Shown here in pieces: positions 20,085 to 30,841 of a DNA stretch of 64,000 nt (positions are counted from its first letter, which is position 1; each line of letters begins with the position of its first letter). The stretch is from positions 1,024,001-1,088,000 of the forward strand of contig OY970343.1 of NCBI GenBank assembly GCA_963717525.1, in the 5' to 3' direction. The stretch is from an uncultured Methanoregulaceae archaeon (GTDB lineage: Archaea > Halobacteriota > Methanomicrobia > Methanomicrobiales > Methanospirillaceae). The translations under genes and the position numbers were made by a program. The notes below the pieces were generated by a model. That model saw only the letters and a program-made list of their open reading frames with translations, searched no databases and was not told the DNA's origin.

Positions 20085-20933
20085 ATGACTCGCACCGGTA
20101 GATCGATGGACGATGACCCCCGGCCCGCCCCGGCTCCCGCAAAATCCCAGATCCCCATGTGGGCGAAGTACCTGCTCTGGGCCATCGTCGCGCTCACCGT
20201 GATATTCGGTGCGCTGATCGCGGTGACACCGCTCGCGCTGTACCGCTTTGCCGGCCACTGTTTTGAGGCCGCGGCTGCCCTCATCTGCATGGCTATGTGT
20301 GCGTACGTGTACCTGCGCTGGTCCCGACGCCGGATCATCCTCCTGCTCGCAGCGTTTGCCTTCGGGGAGTATGCGCTCGCGACGATCTTCTGGTACTTTT
20401 TTTCCCTCCTGCCCGTAACGGAGAACCTTGGCCGGCCGTTTGTGTTTACCACCGTCGCCGAACTCTCGTTTCTTGGCTTCATGGTCTTTTTTATTGCGGC
20501 TTTCCAGATCGAGCAGGAAAAAGAGCCCACGCACCCGCTTCTCCCGTGGCTCTTCCTTGCGCTCTTCCTTGCCATCCCGTTGATCGTGATCGGCGAATAC
20601 GGCTTCACGCTCCGGATCGTGATGCTGCTTGTCCGGTTCCTTGTAGTGGAGCAGCTGATCGTGGTGACGATCGACCACGGGTTCTTCCGGTATTCCCTGC
20701 TCTGGACCGGGATCTGCGTGCGGTGCCTTGCCGCGATGCTGTACGGCCTGCGCGAAACGCTCCTTGTCTACTACACCTCCTGGACCATTCCCCTGCCCGG
20801 GGCCGGGGCGGCGATCTCCGTATATGACCTCGCGAGCCTTATCGGGCCCCTGATCATCGCTTCGTTTTCCCTGATCGTGTTGGGGCTCTTCGACTATGTG
20901 GCATTACAGGAGATGACCGGTTCACCAGCCTGA
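20085..20933 (+). CDS. Hypothetical polytopic membrane protein
   Basis: About 8 hydrophobic segments. No family recognised. Confidence 0.7.
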   Translation: MTRTGRSMDDDPRPAPAPAKSQIPMWAKYLLWAIVALTVIFGALIAVTPLALYRFAGHCFEAAAALICMAMCAYVYLRWSRRRIILLLAAFAFGEYALATIFWYFFSLLPVTENLGRPFVFTTVAELSFLGFMVFFIAAFQIEQEKEPTHPLLPWLFLALFLAIPLIVIGEYGFTLRIVMLLVRFLVVEQLIVVTIDHGFFRYSLLWTGICVRCLAAMLYGLRETLLVYYTSWTIPLPGAGAAISVYDLASLIGPLIIASFSLIVLGLFDYVALQEMTGSPA

Positions 20934-20957
20934 AGAGCCGGCGCAGCCGGTTTTTCA

Positions 20958-21608
20958 TCAGCTGACGGTGTGCCGGGAGAAGAGGGTAAAAAGATCGATC
21001 TGGTAGCACACGAGCAGGGCAAAGAATAAAAGGGCCGGGAAGACAAGGTCGATACAGATCCCGGCGAGCCCGAAGAATACCGTGCCAAGGGTATTATAGA
21101 TTGCATGGACCGTAACCGCGAGCGTGAAAAACCCGAAGATGAGGGCGGGAAACGCCCGCCGGTCAAAGTGACCTGCAACAACGATCCCGTATCCGATGAT
21201 ACCGCACGTGCAGCCGTGCATGAGGGCGGTCGAGAACGAATGGATAAGGATAACCAGGGGATCCGGTGAGACCAGCAGGCCGGTCTCGATGATAGCAAAC
21301 CCGATTCCCGATGCCATCGCGTACAGGAAGATGTCCCGGTCCTGCTGACGGCGTGCGGCAAGGGCAATGATGATGAGGGGGAGGGCTTTAAAGAATTCCT
21401 CAACAACCGGGGATATGGTCAGGGAGGCAAGCATCCCCGGGATTTCGTTTTGGGCTGCAGAGAAGAGGAACTGTTCGAGAAAATATGCCGGGACTGCAGC
21501 GATAAAACCCCAGAGGATAAAAAGGACGAACCGGGTATTGATCCTCCCGATAAAGACCGCGAGGAACAGGAACGGGAAGAGATACGCTGCAACGAGGACC
21601 AGATCCAT
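20958..21608 (-). CDS. PrsW-family intramembrane protease
   Basis: All four motifs are present: PVVEEFFK, GIGFAIIET, ALMHG and HAIYN. Confidence 0.88.
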   Translation of the reverse strand: MDLVLVAAYLFPFLFLAVFIGRINTRFVLFILWGFIAAVPAYFLEQFLFSAAQNEIPGMLASLTISPVVEEFFKALPLIIIALAARRQQDRDIFLYAMASGIGFAIIETGLLVSPDPLVILIHSFSTALMHGCTCGIIGYGIVVAGHFDRRAFPALIFGFFTLAVTVHAIYNTLGTVFFGLAGICIDLVFPALLFFALLVCYQIDLFTLFSRHTVS

Positions 21609-22352
21609 CTTCCGCCGCCTTTCCGCCTTTCTCCGGTACACGCCAGTGCGCCGGCTTTACCGGTTATGTACGCGTACCGGATGTTTAGTCCTTTGATACG
21701 CACCCTGCACACGTTTAAACTGTCATGCATGGGAGGCCGGGATGGCAGGATGCCTCCCGACCCCCTGCAGGCGATCAGTGAAAATATTTTTTTCGTTAAC
21801 GGGGTCTTTAACAGGCGCGTAGCACCATGCTCATATGCCAGATTCTGGCACGTTGGGAGAAAATCTCTGCACAAAGGTACAATGCTGGATGGAGCATGAC
21901 AGGCAACGGCCGGCGGATCAGATAATGCATAACCGGATCACCCTGGTGTCATGATGCCGGATCTCCCGGGACCGGAATAGGGTCACGGGACCTGCATATA
22001 TCCCCCACGGACAAACAACGCTGCCGGCCGTCCTGCACAGGATCTCATAGACTAGTGCTCCATTCACTCCCTCCCAATGATACGGAGAAGCGGTGCGCCA
22101 AGCACCGGACGGATCGCTGCTGTTGGGCCGGGTTATTCATGCCCAAAAAGGATCTCCCGCGGTGAGTGAAGAATTTTTTTCAGTTATGCATGCGTTTATA
22201 GCATGATATTGACTACCGGGATCATGTGAGTGGAACACGAGACCCAGGAAACGCCATCTCCTGTATGCCTGCCGGATCCGGCTCCCTGTTGTACAGAATT
22301 CAGACGCATCAGATGGCCCTGTGCACCGTGCGAACCATAAAACGGGGGATAT

Positions 22353-23018
22353 ATGGACGGGGATAACCTGGGCACGAGTGTGCAGGGGCCGGTCGCTGCC
22401 GAGGAGGAGATCATCTTCCTTGAACCGGGCCAGGAAAAAGCACAAAGCATCGTAAAAGCAATATCACACCAGAATGCAGGCGAGATTATGGCGCTCCTCT
22501 CGGCCGAGGGGCCGATGAAGCTCTCGGATATTGCGTCCCGGATGGATCTCTCCACCAATGCCGCAAAATACCACGTGGAAAACCTCAGGAATGCCGGGCT
22601 CATCGAGATAGCAAATACACGGTACAGCGTCAAGGGCAAGAAGATGAAAGTCTACCGGCTCAAGAACCAGGTCTTCATCGTTGCGCCGGGCGTGAGTCCG
22701 GGGCCGGCGCTCCGGGCGGTCCTTTTGAAATACGCAACGCTCTGCGGGCTTTTCATTGCAACCGTTGCCGTGCTCATGGTCCAGCCGTTTGTCACCTTCT
22801 CGCCCGGGCCGGTCAGCGCACTCTCCGGCTCCCTCCAGCAGGGCACAACAATCCCTGCAGTGTACTCGTCAACGCTGATCCCGGTGCTGGTCCTTGCCGT
22901 GATTGTCACTGTGCTCGTGTATGCTGGTTTTGAGATGCTCCAGGTACTGGAAAGACCGGAGCGAAAAAGCCTCATAGTCCCCATTCTTGAGAGATTCTGC
23001 CCATCCCTTTTTTTTTAA
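22353..23018 (+). CDS. Membrane-anchored ArsR-like winged-HTH regulator
   Basis: N-terminal wHTH (LSDIASRMDLSTNAAKYHVENL...YSVKGKKMKVY) followed by two TM helices. Confidence 0.85.
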   Translation: MDGDNLGTSVQGPVAAEEEIIFLEPGQEKAQSIVKAISHQNAGEIMALLSAEGPMKLSDIASRMDLSTNAAKYHVENLRNAGLIEIANTRYSVKGKKMKVYRLKNQVFIVAPGVSPGPALRAVLLKYATLCGLFIATVAVLMVQPFVTFSPGPVSALSGSLQQGTTIPAVYSSTLIPVLVLAVIVTVLVYAGFEMLQVLERPERKSLIVPILERFCPSLFF

Positions 23019-23118
23019 TCCCTGATACCGGCCAGTAAATCCGATTGGAAAATAAAAATTGGTTGGAAAAACAAGTTCGTATCTTTATCCAAAACAATTA
23101 AAAAAAGGAATTTTGTTA

Positions 23119-23662
23119 TCACCGGTAAACCGTTGGTTTCCCGTAAACCGGCCTGTTGGCAGTCGTTACTGTCGGTGAAGCTCCATAATACCTCTGGTAG
23201 TGGTACGGGTACTGGGCCCAGAACTCATTCGCGTACTCCGGAGCGTAGAGCAGTACAGGATTGACGATGATATTATAGCCGTTCGCCATACCGGATATCT
23301 GGGCAGTATAGGGTACTGCCGGGGGTAATCGTGTTCCAGACATAATAGTCGGTCACGTAGAGAAGCTGCCCGGAATAGGTGAAAACCTGGTACAATCCGT
23401 TAAAACCCATGCTGGTGCTGGAGACGGTGAAGGTTATCGTTTGCGGCACCACGGGAGCAGGTGTTGGTGGTGCAGGGGTCGGCGCTGGCACGGGAGTTGG
23501 TATCGGTGTCGGTTCCGACACCTGTGCGGTAGCCGTTACCTGGTCTACGTGACCAGATACGATAGAGACCCCGATGACGAACAACGAAACAATCCCCACA
23601 ATGGCGAAGAAGTAGAGCCCCACACTCTTAATCAATTCGGTATCAATAACAATCTGGGACAT
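23119..23662 (-). CDS. Membrane-anchored Pro/Thr-rich surface protein; frameshift near 23311
   Basis: N-terminal TM helix, PTPIPTPVPAPTPAPPTP linker and Tyr-rich C-terminus, split over two ORFs (23273-23713 and 23119-23343). Confidence 0.65.
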
Positions 23663-23748
23663 ACTGGTTGCTTTGTAAACAAAGTTTAAAAAGGTATCCA
23701 AGTTAACTAACATACTTATTTATGGGCCTGAATGTAAACAATCAAGAA

Positions 23749-23889
23749 ATGGCGACGGAACCTCCGAAGATGGTCAAGATATCGCAGCGAAATTATGAGA
23801 GACTACAAAAATTCGGTTTCGCCGGCGAATCAATAAACACAGCCCTGGATCGTGCCCTCGATCTCGCAGAGACAACCAAGAAAAAGTAA
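23749..23889 (+). CDS. Small ribbon-helix-helix-like DNA-binding protein (46 aa; not in ORF track)
   Basis: Manual translation MATEPPKMVKISQRNYERLQKFGFAGESINTALDRALDLAETTKKK shows a strand-helix-GES-helix pattern. Confidence 0.65.
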   Translation: MATEPPKMVKISQRNYERLQKFGFAGESINTALDRALDLAETTKKK

Positions 23890-24204
23890 AAAGACCGCTC
23901 TTCATTCCGCACAACTACGAATAATAAACCCATAGATTGCATAGAGCAGGCAATCCCGGTGCCTCATCAGGGGCGCATGCACCCCCCAGTGTATCTCTAA
24001 TCCGGATGCCCGTGCTTCTGCCGGGCTGCTTCCCGGGAAGCACGGAGGCAGCATATACTATGGTCGTTGAAATCATTCTGGCTTGCATACAAGCGGTTAC
24101 ACCCGGGATTGCCTCATAAAATGTTCCGGGACCGGACCGTGAACCTTCTCTTTTTATGCCGGCATAACCGATGTACAGGGAAAGCACACGATCGGCTGCC
24201 AACC

Positions 24205-25104
24205 ATGAGCCTACTTACCGGGATCAGGAATGCCCTCTCAACGATAAACATCCGGCTCTTTTCTTTTTACCTCGCGATTGTGCTCATCATCCCTGCCATC
24301 TCGACCATCATTGAGTACATGGTCACGGTCTCGCCGGGGCTGCGCTCCAGCCTCCAGATCGACATGCAGAACTTCCACATCTACCAGCTTTTCACGTCGT
24401 CATTTGTCCATCTCAACTTCGACCAATACCTGGGAAACGTGACCGCCTACCTGCTGATCGCCGTGTACGGCCTCGTGCTTGCCACGCTCGTGAACAGGAA
24501 ACGGCTGTACCTGGTGATCAGCAAGATCATCGTCGTGATCTTCCTTGTTTTTGGGGCGTCCTTTGCCATCTTCAACGCGACCACGACCTACTATGTTGGC
24601 CTCTCGGGAATCGACTCGGCCCTTGCCGGGCTCCTCCTCCTCTTCTGGCTGCTCTATCTTGAGCACACATCCCGGCAGAGGATGCGCCACTATTACGGGC
24701 TCGTACTCTCCTGCATCCTTGCCCTCTCCGCAGGTATCATCGCGCGGTACATCCTCCTGTACCATGCAGAACGAAGCGCCCTGCTCCTTACCCTCCTTGC
24801 TGTTGTTATCCTCCTCTGTGCGCTCGCCATCATCCTGTTCCGGCAGCAGTTCTTCGACCTGTACCGCGTCCTTGTGGGATTCTCATGGTCATCCCGGCTC
24901 ATCACGCTTGCGATTGTCGCCATCTTCGCGTACTTTGTCTGGAACCTCTTTCCTGAGCGGCTCGCGAACTCGACCCGGACCGTGAGCATCTCCCTGCACC
25001 TTGCCGGCATCGTGATCGGTATTCTCGCCGGCTATCTCTTCCTGATGTACCTCGAACAGATCGCCTATTTCAACGGGGAAAAAGAGGTGATCTCCCGGCA
25101 GTGA
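24205..25104 (+). CDS. Rhomboid-family intramembrane serine protease
   Basis: YQLFTSSFVHL...LGN, catalytic GLSG and HLAG motifs, and multiple TM helices. Confidence 0.8.
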   Translation: MSLLTGIRNALSTINIRLFSFYLAIVLIIPAISTIIEYMVTVSPGLRSSLQIDMQNFHIYQLFTSSFVHLNFDQYLGNVTAYLLIAVYGLVLATLVNRKRLYLVISKIIVVIFLVFGASFAIFNATTTYYVGLSGIDSALAGLLLLFWLLYLEHTSRQRMRHYYGLVLSCILALSAGIIARYILLYHAERSALLLTLLAVVILLCALAIILFRQQFFDLYRVLVGFSWSSRLITLAIVAIFAYFVWNLFPERLANSTRTVSISLHLAGIVIGILAGYLFLMYLEQIAYFNGEKEVISRQ

Positions 25105-25157
25105 CGGGAGATCGGGCACACCACTGCAGCAAAGCGGGGGACGTGGTGCGGTGTTCT

Positions 25158-25730
25158 TTATCCTATGGCGGCAAGGATCTCGTCGGTTGTCCGGACCCTG
25201 CCCATCCTTTTGAAGATGAAATTTATTGCAGCATGGTGCTGCTCTGCTGACATCGAGGCCATCGCGTCCTCGGCAAAAACCTGCTGGAAGCCATACTCGT
25301 AGGCAAACCGGGCCGTGCTCTCGACGCCGAAATCGGTCGCGATCCCGCACAGGACGATCGTGTCCATTCCCCTTCTCCGAAGCTGCAGTTCGAGATCGGT
25401 GCCGTAGAACGCCCCCCATTGCTTCTTTCCTATCACGACATCGGTTGCAACGGGTGCGATCTCCGGGATAAACTCAGACCAGTCCGGGGGCATGGGCCCG
25501 GTGCGGGAGAATGTCGAATCGCTTTTTATCTTAAGCATCGTCTCAGGGGTCGAGACGACATGAACAAGAAAGACCGGCATCGCGTTCTTCCTGAACGCCG
25601 TGACGAGACGAGCTGCATTCCTGATAACCTCGTGTGAGGCATGCGGCTGTGTGGGCTGGGCCGCTATTCCTTTCTGGAGGTCGATGACCACAAGGGCTGT
25701 TGTTGCTTTGTTCATATCCAGTTCCGGCAT
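25158..25730 (-). CDS. Isochorismatase-family cysteine hydrolase
   Basis: ALVVIDLQ, KKQWGAFYGTDL and GIATDFGVESTAR. Confidence 0.9.
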   Translation of the reverse strand: MPELDMNKATTALVVIDLQKGIAAQPTQPHASHEVIRNAARLVTAFRKNAMPVFLVHVVSTPETMLKIKSDSTFSRTGPMPPDWSEFIPEIAPVATDVVIGKKQWGAFYGTDLELQLRRRGMDTIVLCGIATDFGVESTARFAYEYGFQQVFAEDAMASMSAEQHHAAINFIFKRMGRVRTTDEILAAIG

Positions 25731-25838
25731 ACGTTCACCATGGGAACTAGGGTACCGGCCGCTATTTATGCGCTGCGGTGGCGTCCGTGGGGTACAAGAA
25801 CGCACTGATCGTCACGGGCAGTTTTTTGTGATTTTTCC

Positions 25839-27333
25839 CTAGATCATGGCGTCCGGGGGGAGCAGTTCCGGCGCCGGGCTGTACTCAGAATCCGGCACTT
25901 CCCGGGTCATGCGGATGATGATGATGACGATGATGCAGAGCGCAAACGAGACCAGGAAGACCGCCTGGTAACCGAGCACCGAGAGCGCTGGTGTCAGTTT
26001 CGAAACAAGCGGCGTCCCGTTCCGGGGGATGCCGGCCATGTACATACGGATGGCAAAGACACTCTGGAAAAAGGCGATCCCGGCGACCATGCCCACGTGC
26101 CGGACGGTCATCATGACTCCGGAGCCATCGCCAACTGACCCGGGGGGCAGTGGCCCATGATCAGCCGGGCGTTGGGGCCGAAGAACGCGGCAGTCGAGAC
26201 CCTTGTGATCAGCAGCCCGGCGACGATGATCAGCACCAGCGTGAGGGGGTTGAACGTAAAGAAGATCAAAAAGCCTGCAGCCGCAAGCCCGACAGCAATC
26301 ATGGAGATGCGGATACTCCCGTGCCGGTCGGCAAAGCTCCCGGACGCAGGAGCAACGAGAATCGAGAGAAGCGCGGGGATGGTCATGATCAGCCCGGCAA
26401 GGGTCGGGTCGAGGTGGCGGGAGTTGATCAGGTACAGGGGCATCAGATAGGTGACCCCGGAAAAGAGCGTCGTTATGATCAGGCAGGCAAGGATCCCGAG
26501 CTTGAAATCCCGGTTCCGTACAAGGGCCAAACTGATAAGGGGATCGGGATTGTGTCGTTCCCGAAAGGCAAAGAACCCGGCAATGATTACACCCCCAAAA
26601 AAGAGGAGCAGGAGAACCGCATCCGGTGTGCCCGGGACCTGGTAGAACGTGAAGGCAGAAAGAAGGAGGATCAGTGCAGCGACAAAGAGTGCCGGCCCGG
26701 TAAAGTTCAGGGGTTTTTGTTCCACCTTCTTTGAAGCGGGGGGAAGGCAGTACCCAGCTCATCAAAAGTGCGAGAATGACGATTGGGATATTGAGGAAGA
26801 AGACCCACCGCCAGCCGGCGTACTGCGAGACAAACCCTCCGATGCCGGGGCCGAGCGCATAACCGGCCGCAGACATGGCAATGAGAAAACCAAGTGACCT
26901 GCCCCGGGCCGAGGGGGGCAGGTACGTGGTGATGACCGCCGGCCCGATGGCAGAGAACATCGCCGCACCGGCTCCCTGGAGCACCCGGAACACGATCAGG
27001 CTGGTGATGTCGGCGGCCATACCGCATAATAATGAACCCAGGCCAAAGAGCACGAGGCCGAGGATGAAGAGCAGGCGGAAGCCGTACCGGTCACCCAGTT
27101 TTCCCATAAAGAGGATCAGGCCGGTGATGGTGAGCATATAGGAGATAATGATCAACGACCCGACACCGATCGGGATCTGCCATGACTTTATGATCGTGGG
27201 AACGGTGATATTGACAATGCTCATGTCGAGCGCACCAATCAGGGACGCGAGAGATACCGTAGCAACGATGATGCGCTGGCCGGTTATGCTGCCGGGGTCG
27301 GAAAGTTTGGGAAAGACCGGTATGGAAAGACAC
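25839..27333 (-). CDS. MFS transporter, DHA2 type (at least 3 frameshifts)
   Basis: LDMSIVNI, GKLGDRYG, FRVLQGAG and GWRWVFFLNIP. The middle segment lies in ORF 26111-26725. Confidence 0.85.
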
Positions 27334-27434
27334 CTTTTATAATTTACACATTTTCTGTAATGGCAGATAAAAACGGCAGGTTTGGTGTATGCCTGGACCG
27401 GAGATTTTCGATTTACCTGTACGAGGGGAGGCTT

Positions 27435-29060
27435 TTATGCCCGTCCGGCCCGTCTCAGTTTTTCCCCAAGCCACGGCAGGAAGTCTTTCTTCCGTGACAT
27501 CACACCGGGGAGCCGGGCCGGTTGGGGTTCACCGAAGAGCTGGTGCAGGAGCGTTGTGTCCCCGGCACCGTAGAGATCGCTTGCGTTCTCCAGGACATTT
27601 GTAAAGAGCGCGAGTGAGAGGGTGGCTCCTGCCTCAGTTCGTGCTTTTTCCAGTGCCGTGGTGATCGCCTCGTCCCGGGCCCTGTTCCACGTAAATGCCG
27701 GCACCATCACCTGCGCGATCTGCACGCACTTTTCCGAGAGCGTGAAGATCTTGGTGTCGCGGGAAAGGAGAAGGTCAAGCGGCACGCCGGAAAGGTCCAT
27801 GCCCTGTTCGAGAAGCGTAACACCCAGTTTTTCCGGGTCTTCACCGGCGATCCCTGCGAGATACTTCACTGCCTTCGTATCCTGGTGGGTGGTCGTGGAC
27901 ATCCGCAGCGAAAGCGTATCAGAAAGGATGCCACAGAGGAGGATGCCTGCGATCTCCCGGGAAGGGGCAAGACCGGCCTGTCGGTATTTCATGGCGATGA
28001 TGGTGGAGGTCGCGCCGACCGGATCGTTGAAGAACCGGATCGGCCGCAGCGTCGTGATTGCCCCAAGCCGGTGGTGGTCGATGATCTCGACCACGTCAGC
28101 CTCCTCGATCCCGGGGACGGCCTGCGACGCCTCGTTGTGATCGAGCAGGACAACCTGCCGGCGCACGTCATCGAGCAGCGTCGTCCGCGTCAGGATCCCC
28201 CGGAGTTTTCCTTCCGGTGAGACCACGCAGGCAGCCCGGAACATCGACCCTGCCACGACCTGCCGGGCATGGGCGATCGTCTCGGTGCACGCGAGGACCG
28301 GGACATTGGCCTCCATCACCTCCCGGGCGGGGAGCGAGAGGTTGATCATCCTGCCGACCCCGAACGCATCCAGTTTCGTGGAGAGGACCGAGACCCTGCG
28401 CTGCTGTGCGGCCGCAATAACCCGGCTGCCCACCGGCGCCCCTTCCGCGATGATCAGGGCGGCGATCCCGGCCGAGACGAGCTCGAGCTGGGCCGGCTCG
28501 TTATCCCCGACGACCGCGATATCCTTCTCGGTCATTTTCGCGAGCGTGACATGCAGCGCGTCGATCGCAATATAAACCCTCCCTTCAAGGATCGGATGGG
28601 CAGAGACAAGGACGTCTGCGCAGAGTACGCGGGCAAACGTCCCGATCGGTACCGGTGTCACCGAGAGGGCTGCACGGTGAAGGGTCCCGATACAGGCAAT
28701 GGCAAGCGCATGTTCGCCGATCATCCCGGCGGGTTTTCCCTCCGCGTCCGTGATGACGACATTACGGATCCCTTCTTTTGCCATGAGGGTGGCGACATCC
28801 ACGGTGGGAACATCCTCAGGAACGGCAAAGACCGGCTTGTAGGCGATGTCGGAGAGAGTCGGTTCGACTGTGGGTACAAAGACCGGCGCTGCAACGCCAT
28901 ACCGTTCCAGCATGAACCGGGATTCGGCGTTGATCTCCCCGCACCGGGCCGGGACGTACCTTCCCGGCTCGGAGCGGTTTTTAAAGTCAGCGTACCCGAT
29001 CACGCTCGCAATGCTGTCGGTATCGGGCTGGCGGTGGCCGAAGCAATAGATTTGGTTCAT
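27435..29060 (-). CDS. ppaC: Family II Mn-dependent inorganic pyrophosphatase with CBS-DRTGG insert
   Basis: GHRQPDTDS, DHNE, IIDHH, ILSDT and GVMSRKKD, with a CBS/DRTGG-like insert. Confidence 0.9.
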   Translation of the reverse strand: MNQIYCFGHRQPDTDSIASVIGYADFKNRSEPGRYVPARCGEINAESRFMLERYGVAAPVFVPTVEPTLSDIAYKPVFAVPEDVPTVDVATLMAKEGIRNVVITDAEGKPAGMIGEHALAIACIGTLHRAALSVTPVPIGTFARVLCADVLVSAHPILEGRVYIAIDALHVTLAKMTEKDIAVVGDNEPAQLELVSAGIAALIIAEGAPVGSRVIAAAQQRRVSVLSTKLDAFGVGRMINLSLPAREVMEANVPVLACTETIAHARQVVAGSMFRAACVVSPEGKLRGILTRTTLLDDVRRQVVLLDHNEASQAVPGIEEADVVEIIDHHRLGAITTLRPIRFFNDPVGATSTIIAMKYRQAGLAPSREIAGILLCGILSDTLSLRMSTTTHQDTKAVKYLAGIAGEDPEKLGVTLLEQGMDLSGVPLDLLLSRDTKIFTLSEKCVQIAQVMVPAFTWNRARDEAITTALEKARTEAGATLSLALFTNVLENASDLYGAGDTTLLHQLFGEPQPARLPGVMSRKKDFLPWLGEKLRRAGRA

Positions 29061-29340
29061 AATAGACCACGGAATGGATCTTTCGGATTTTCCTGTATCC
29101 ATTTACCTGCACAAGCTCATAAGGTACGAGCACACCGGGCCATTTTCTCCTGCACGTTTTCCGGGCCCGGCAATGCCTGTACAACCAGCTTCCCGGCATG
29201 GCAAAACAAGGGGGGTCACACCAGTTTAAGGTGAGTACATTTACCCTCCCGGATCCGTTCCGCCAGCCTGGCCGGTCTTTTGGCCCGGAACAATCCCCCG
29301 CCACCACAAACCATTTTACCCGTACCGCCCAACCGGATCA

Positions 29341-29360
29341 ATAGTTCGGAACCGAACTAT
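29341..29360. promoter_or_regulatory. Perfect 9-2-9 inverted repeat, probable PadR operator
   Basis: ATAGTTCGG-AA-CCGAACTAT ends 4 nt before the PadR ATG. Confidence 0.7.
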
Positions 29361-29364
29361 CAAT

Positions 29365-29844
29365 ATGACCAGCCTGTTCAAATTTTCGTCACAGTGCGGA
29401 AAATCAAGGAGTTTACTTGCGCTGTACATCCTCCATACGCTCAAGCAGCGGCAGAAATCCGGGTACGACATCCTCCGGGAGATCGAAGAGATGACCGGAG
29501 GAGAATGGATCCCCAGCAAAGGCACCCTCTACCCCCTGCTCCACCAGCTGGAATCCGAGGGGCTCATCGCTGCCGCCCTGACCGGGTCCCGGGCACGGAC
29601 CGGGTTTGCGCTGACACCGGAGGGCCGGGAATTTCTTGAAAAGATCATAACGATGAGCGGGGAGTCACACAAGAAGATGGCCCACCTCCGGCACCTTGTC
29701 CTCGCGATCTTCGGGACCGGGACCTGCCCGGTCAAGGGCCTCCTCTTCGAGATAAAGATGCTCGTCGATGACATGCCCCCGGGAAACGAGCGGAGGGTCG
29801 GGGCGATCCTTGAACACTGCCGCGATAAACTAAAAAAAATGTGA
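29365..29844 (+). CDS. PadR-family transcriptional regulator
   Basis: SGYDI...WIPSKGTLYPLLHQLESEGLI...LTPEG. Confidence 0.9.
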   Translation: MTSLFKFSSQCGKSRSLLALYILHTLKQRQKSGYDILREIEEMTGGEWIPSKGTLYPLLHQLESEGLIAAALTGSRARTGFALTPEGREFLEKIITMSGESHKKMAHLRHLVLAIFGTGTCPVKGLLFEIKMLVDDMPPGNERRVGAILEHCRDKLKKM

Positions 29845-29850
29845 TCTGAC

Positions 29851-30838
29851 ATGACTACCGCAATCCATGCAGCGGACCTGACCCGGCGCTTCGGCGACCT
29901 CGTGGCCGTGGACCGTATCAGTTTCGATATCGAGCAGGGCGAGATCTTTGGCCTCCTGGGCCCAAACGGCGCCGGTAAGACGACCACGCTCTCGATGCTC
30001 TCGACCATGCTCGAACCCACCTCAGGGTACCGCCACGGTCATGGGGATCGATGTAACCAAAGACCAGGACGGTGTTCGCAAAGCGATCGGGATCGTCTTC
30101 CAGGACCAGAGCCTCGACGAGGAGCTCACGGCACTGGAGAACATGGACTTCCACGGCCGTCTCTACCGGATCCCAAAAGAGATACGGGAGCAGCGGACCG
30201 AAGAACTCCTCAAACTCGTTGAACTCTTCGACCGGAGGAACGATATCGTCAAGACGTTTTCTGGCGGGATGCGGCGGCGCCTCGAGATCGCCCGGGGGCT
30301 CCTGCACCACCCGACGGTCCTTTTCCTCGACGAGCCCACGCTCGGCCTCGACCCGCAAACCAGAAACCACCTCTGGAAGTACATCGAGACTCTCGCAAAA
30401 GAGAAGAACATCACGATCATCCTCACTACGCACTACATGGAGGAAGCCGACCGGCTCTGCAACCGGATCGCGATCATCGATCACGGGAAGATTATTGCGC
30501 TTGACACGCCTGACCGGCTCAAGGATTCGATCGGCGGCGACGTGGTGACCATCCGGTCGCCGGATACGTCAAAAATCACCACAGCGCTTGCTGTCCCGTG
30601 GATCAACCGGGCAGAGACCCATGATGGCGAGGTGATTCTCACGCTCAAAAATGCCGAACAGTACCTCAGCACGATCGTGACCCTCATGAATGAAGAGAAA
30701 ATCCCTATCACCTCGATCTCGGTCCACAAGCCGACGCTTGAGGATGTCTTCCTCTCGTTTACCGGTAAGACCATCCGCGAGGAAGACGTGAGCAGGAAGG
30801 ACGCAATGCGGATGCATTTCAGGATGATGAGGCACTAA
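29851..30838 (+). CDS. ABC transporter ATP-binding protein (DrrA-like); frameshift near 30025
   Basis: GPNGAGKTT in the first frame. FSGGMRRR, LFLDEPT and TTHYMEE in the second. Confidence 0.92.
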
Positions 30839-30841
30839 ATC

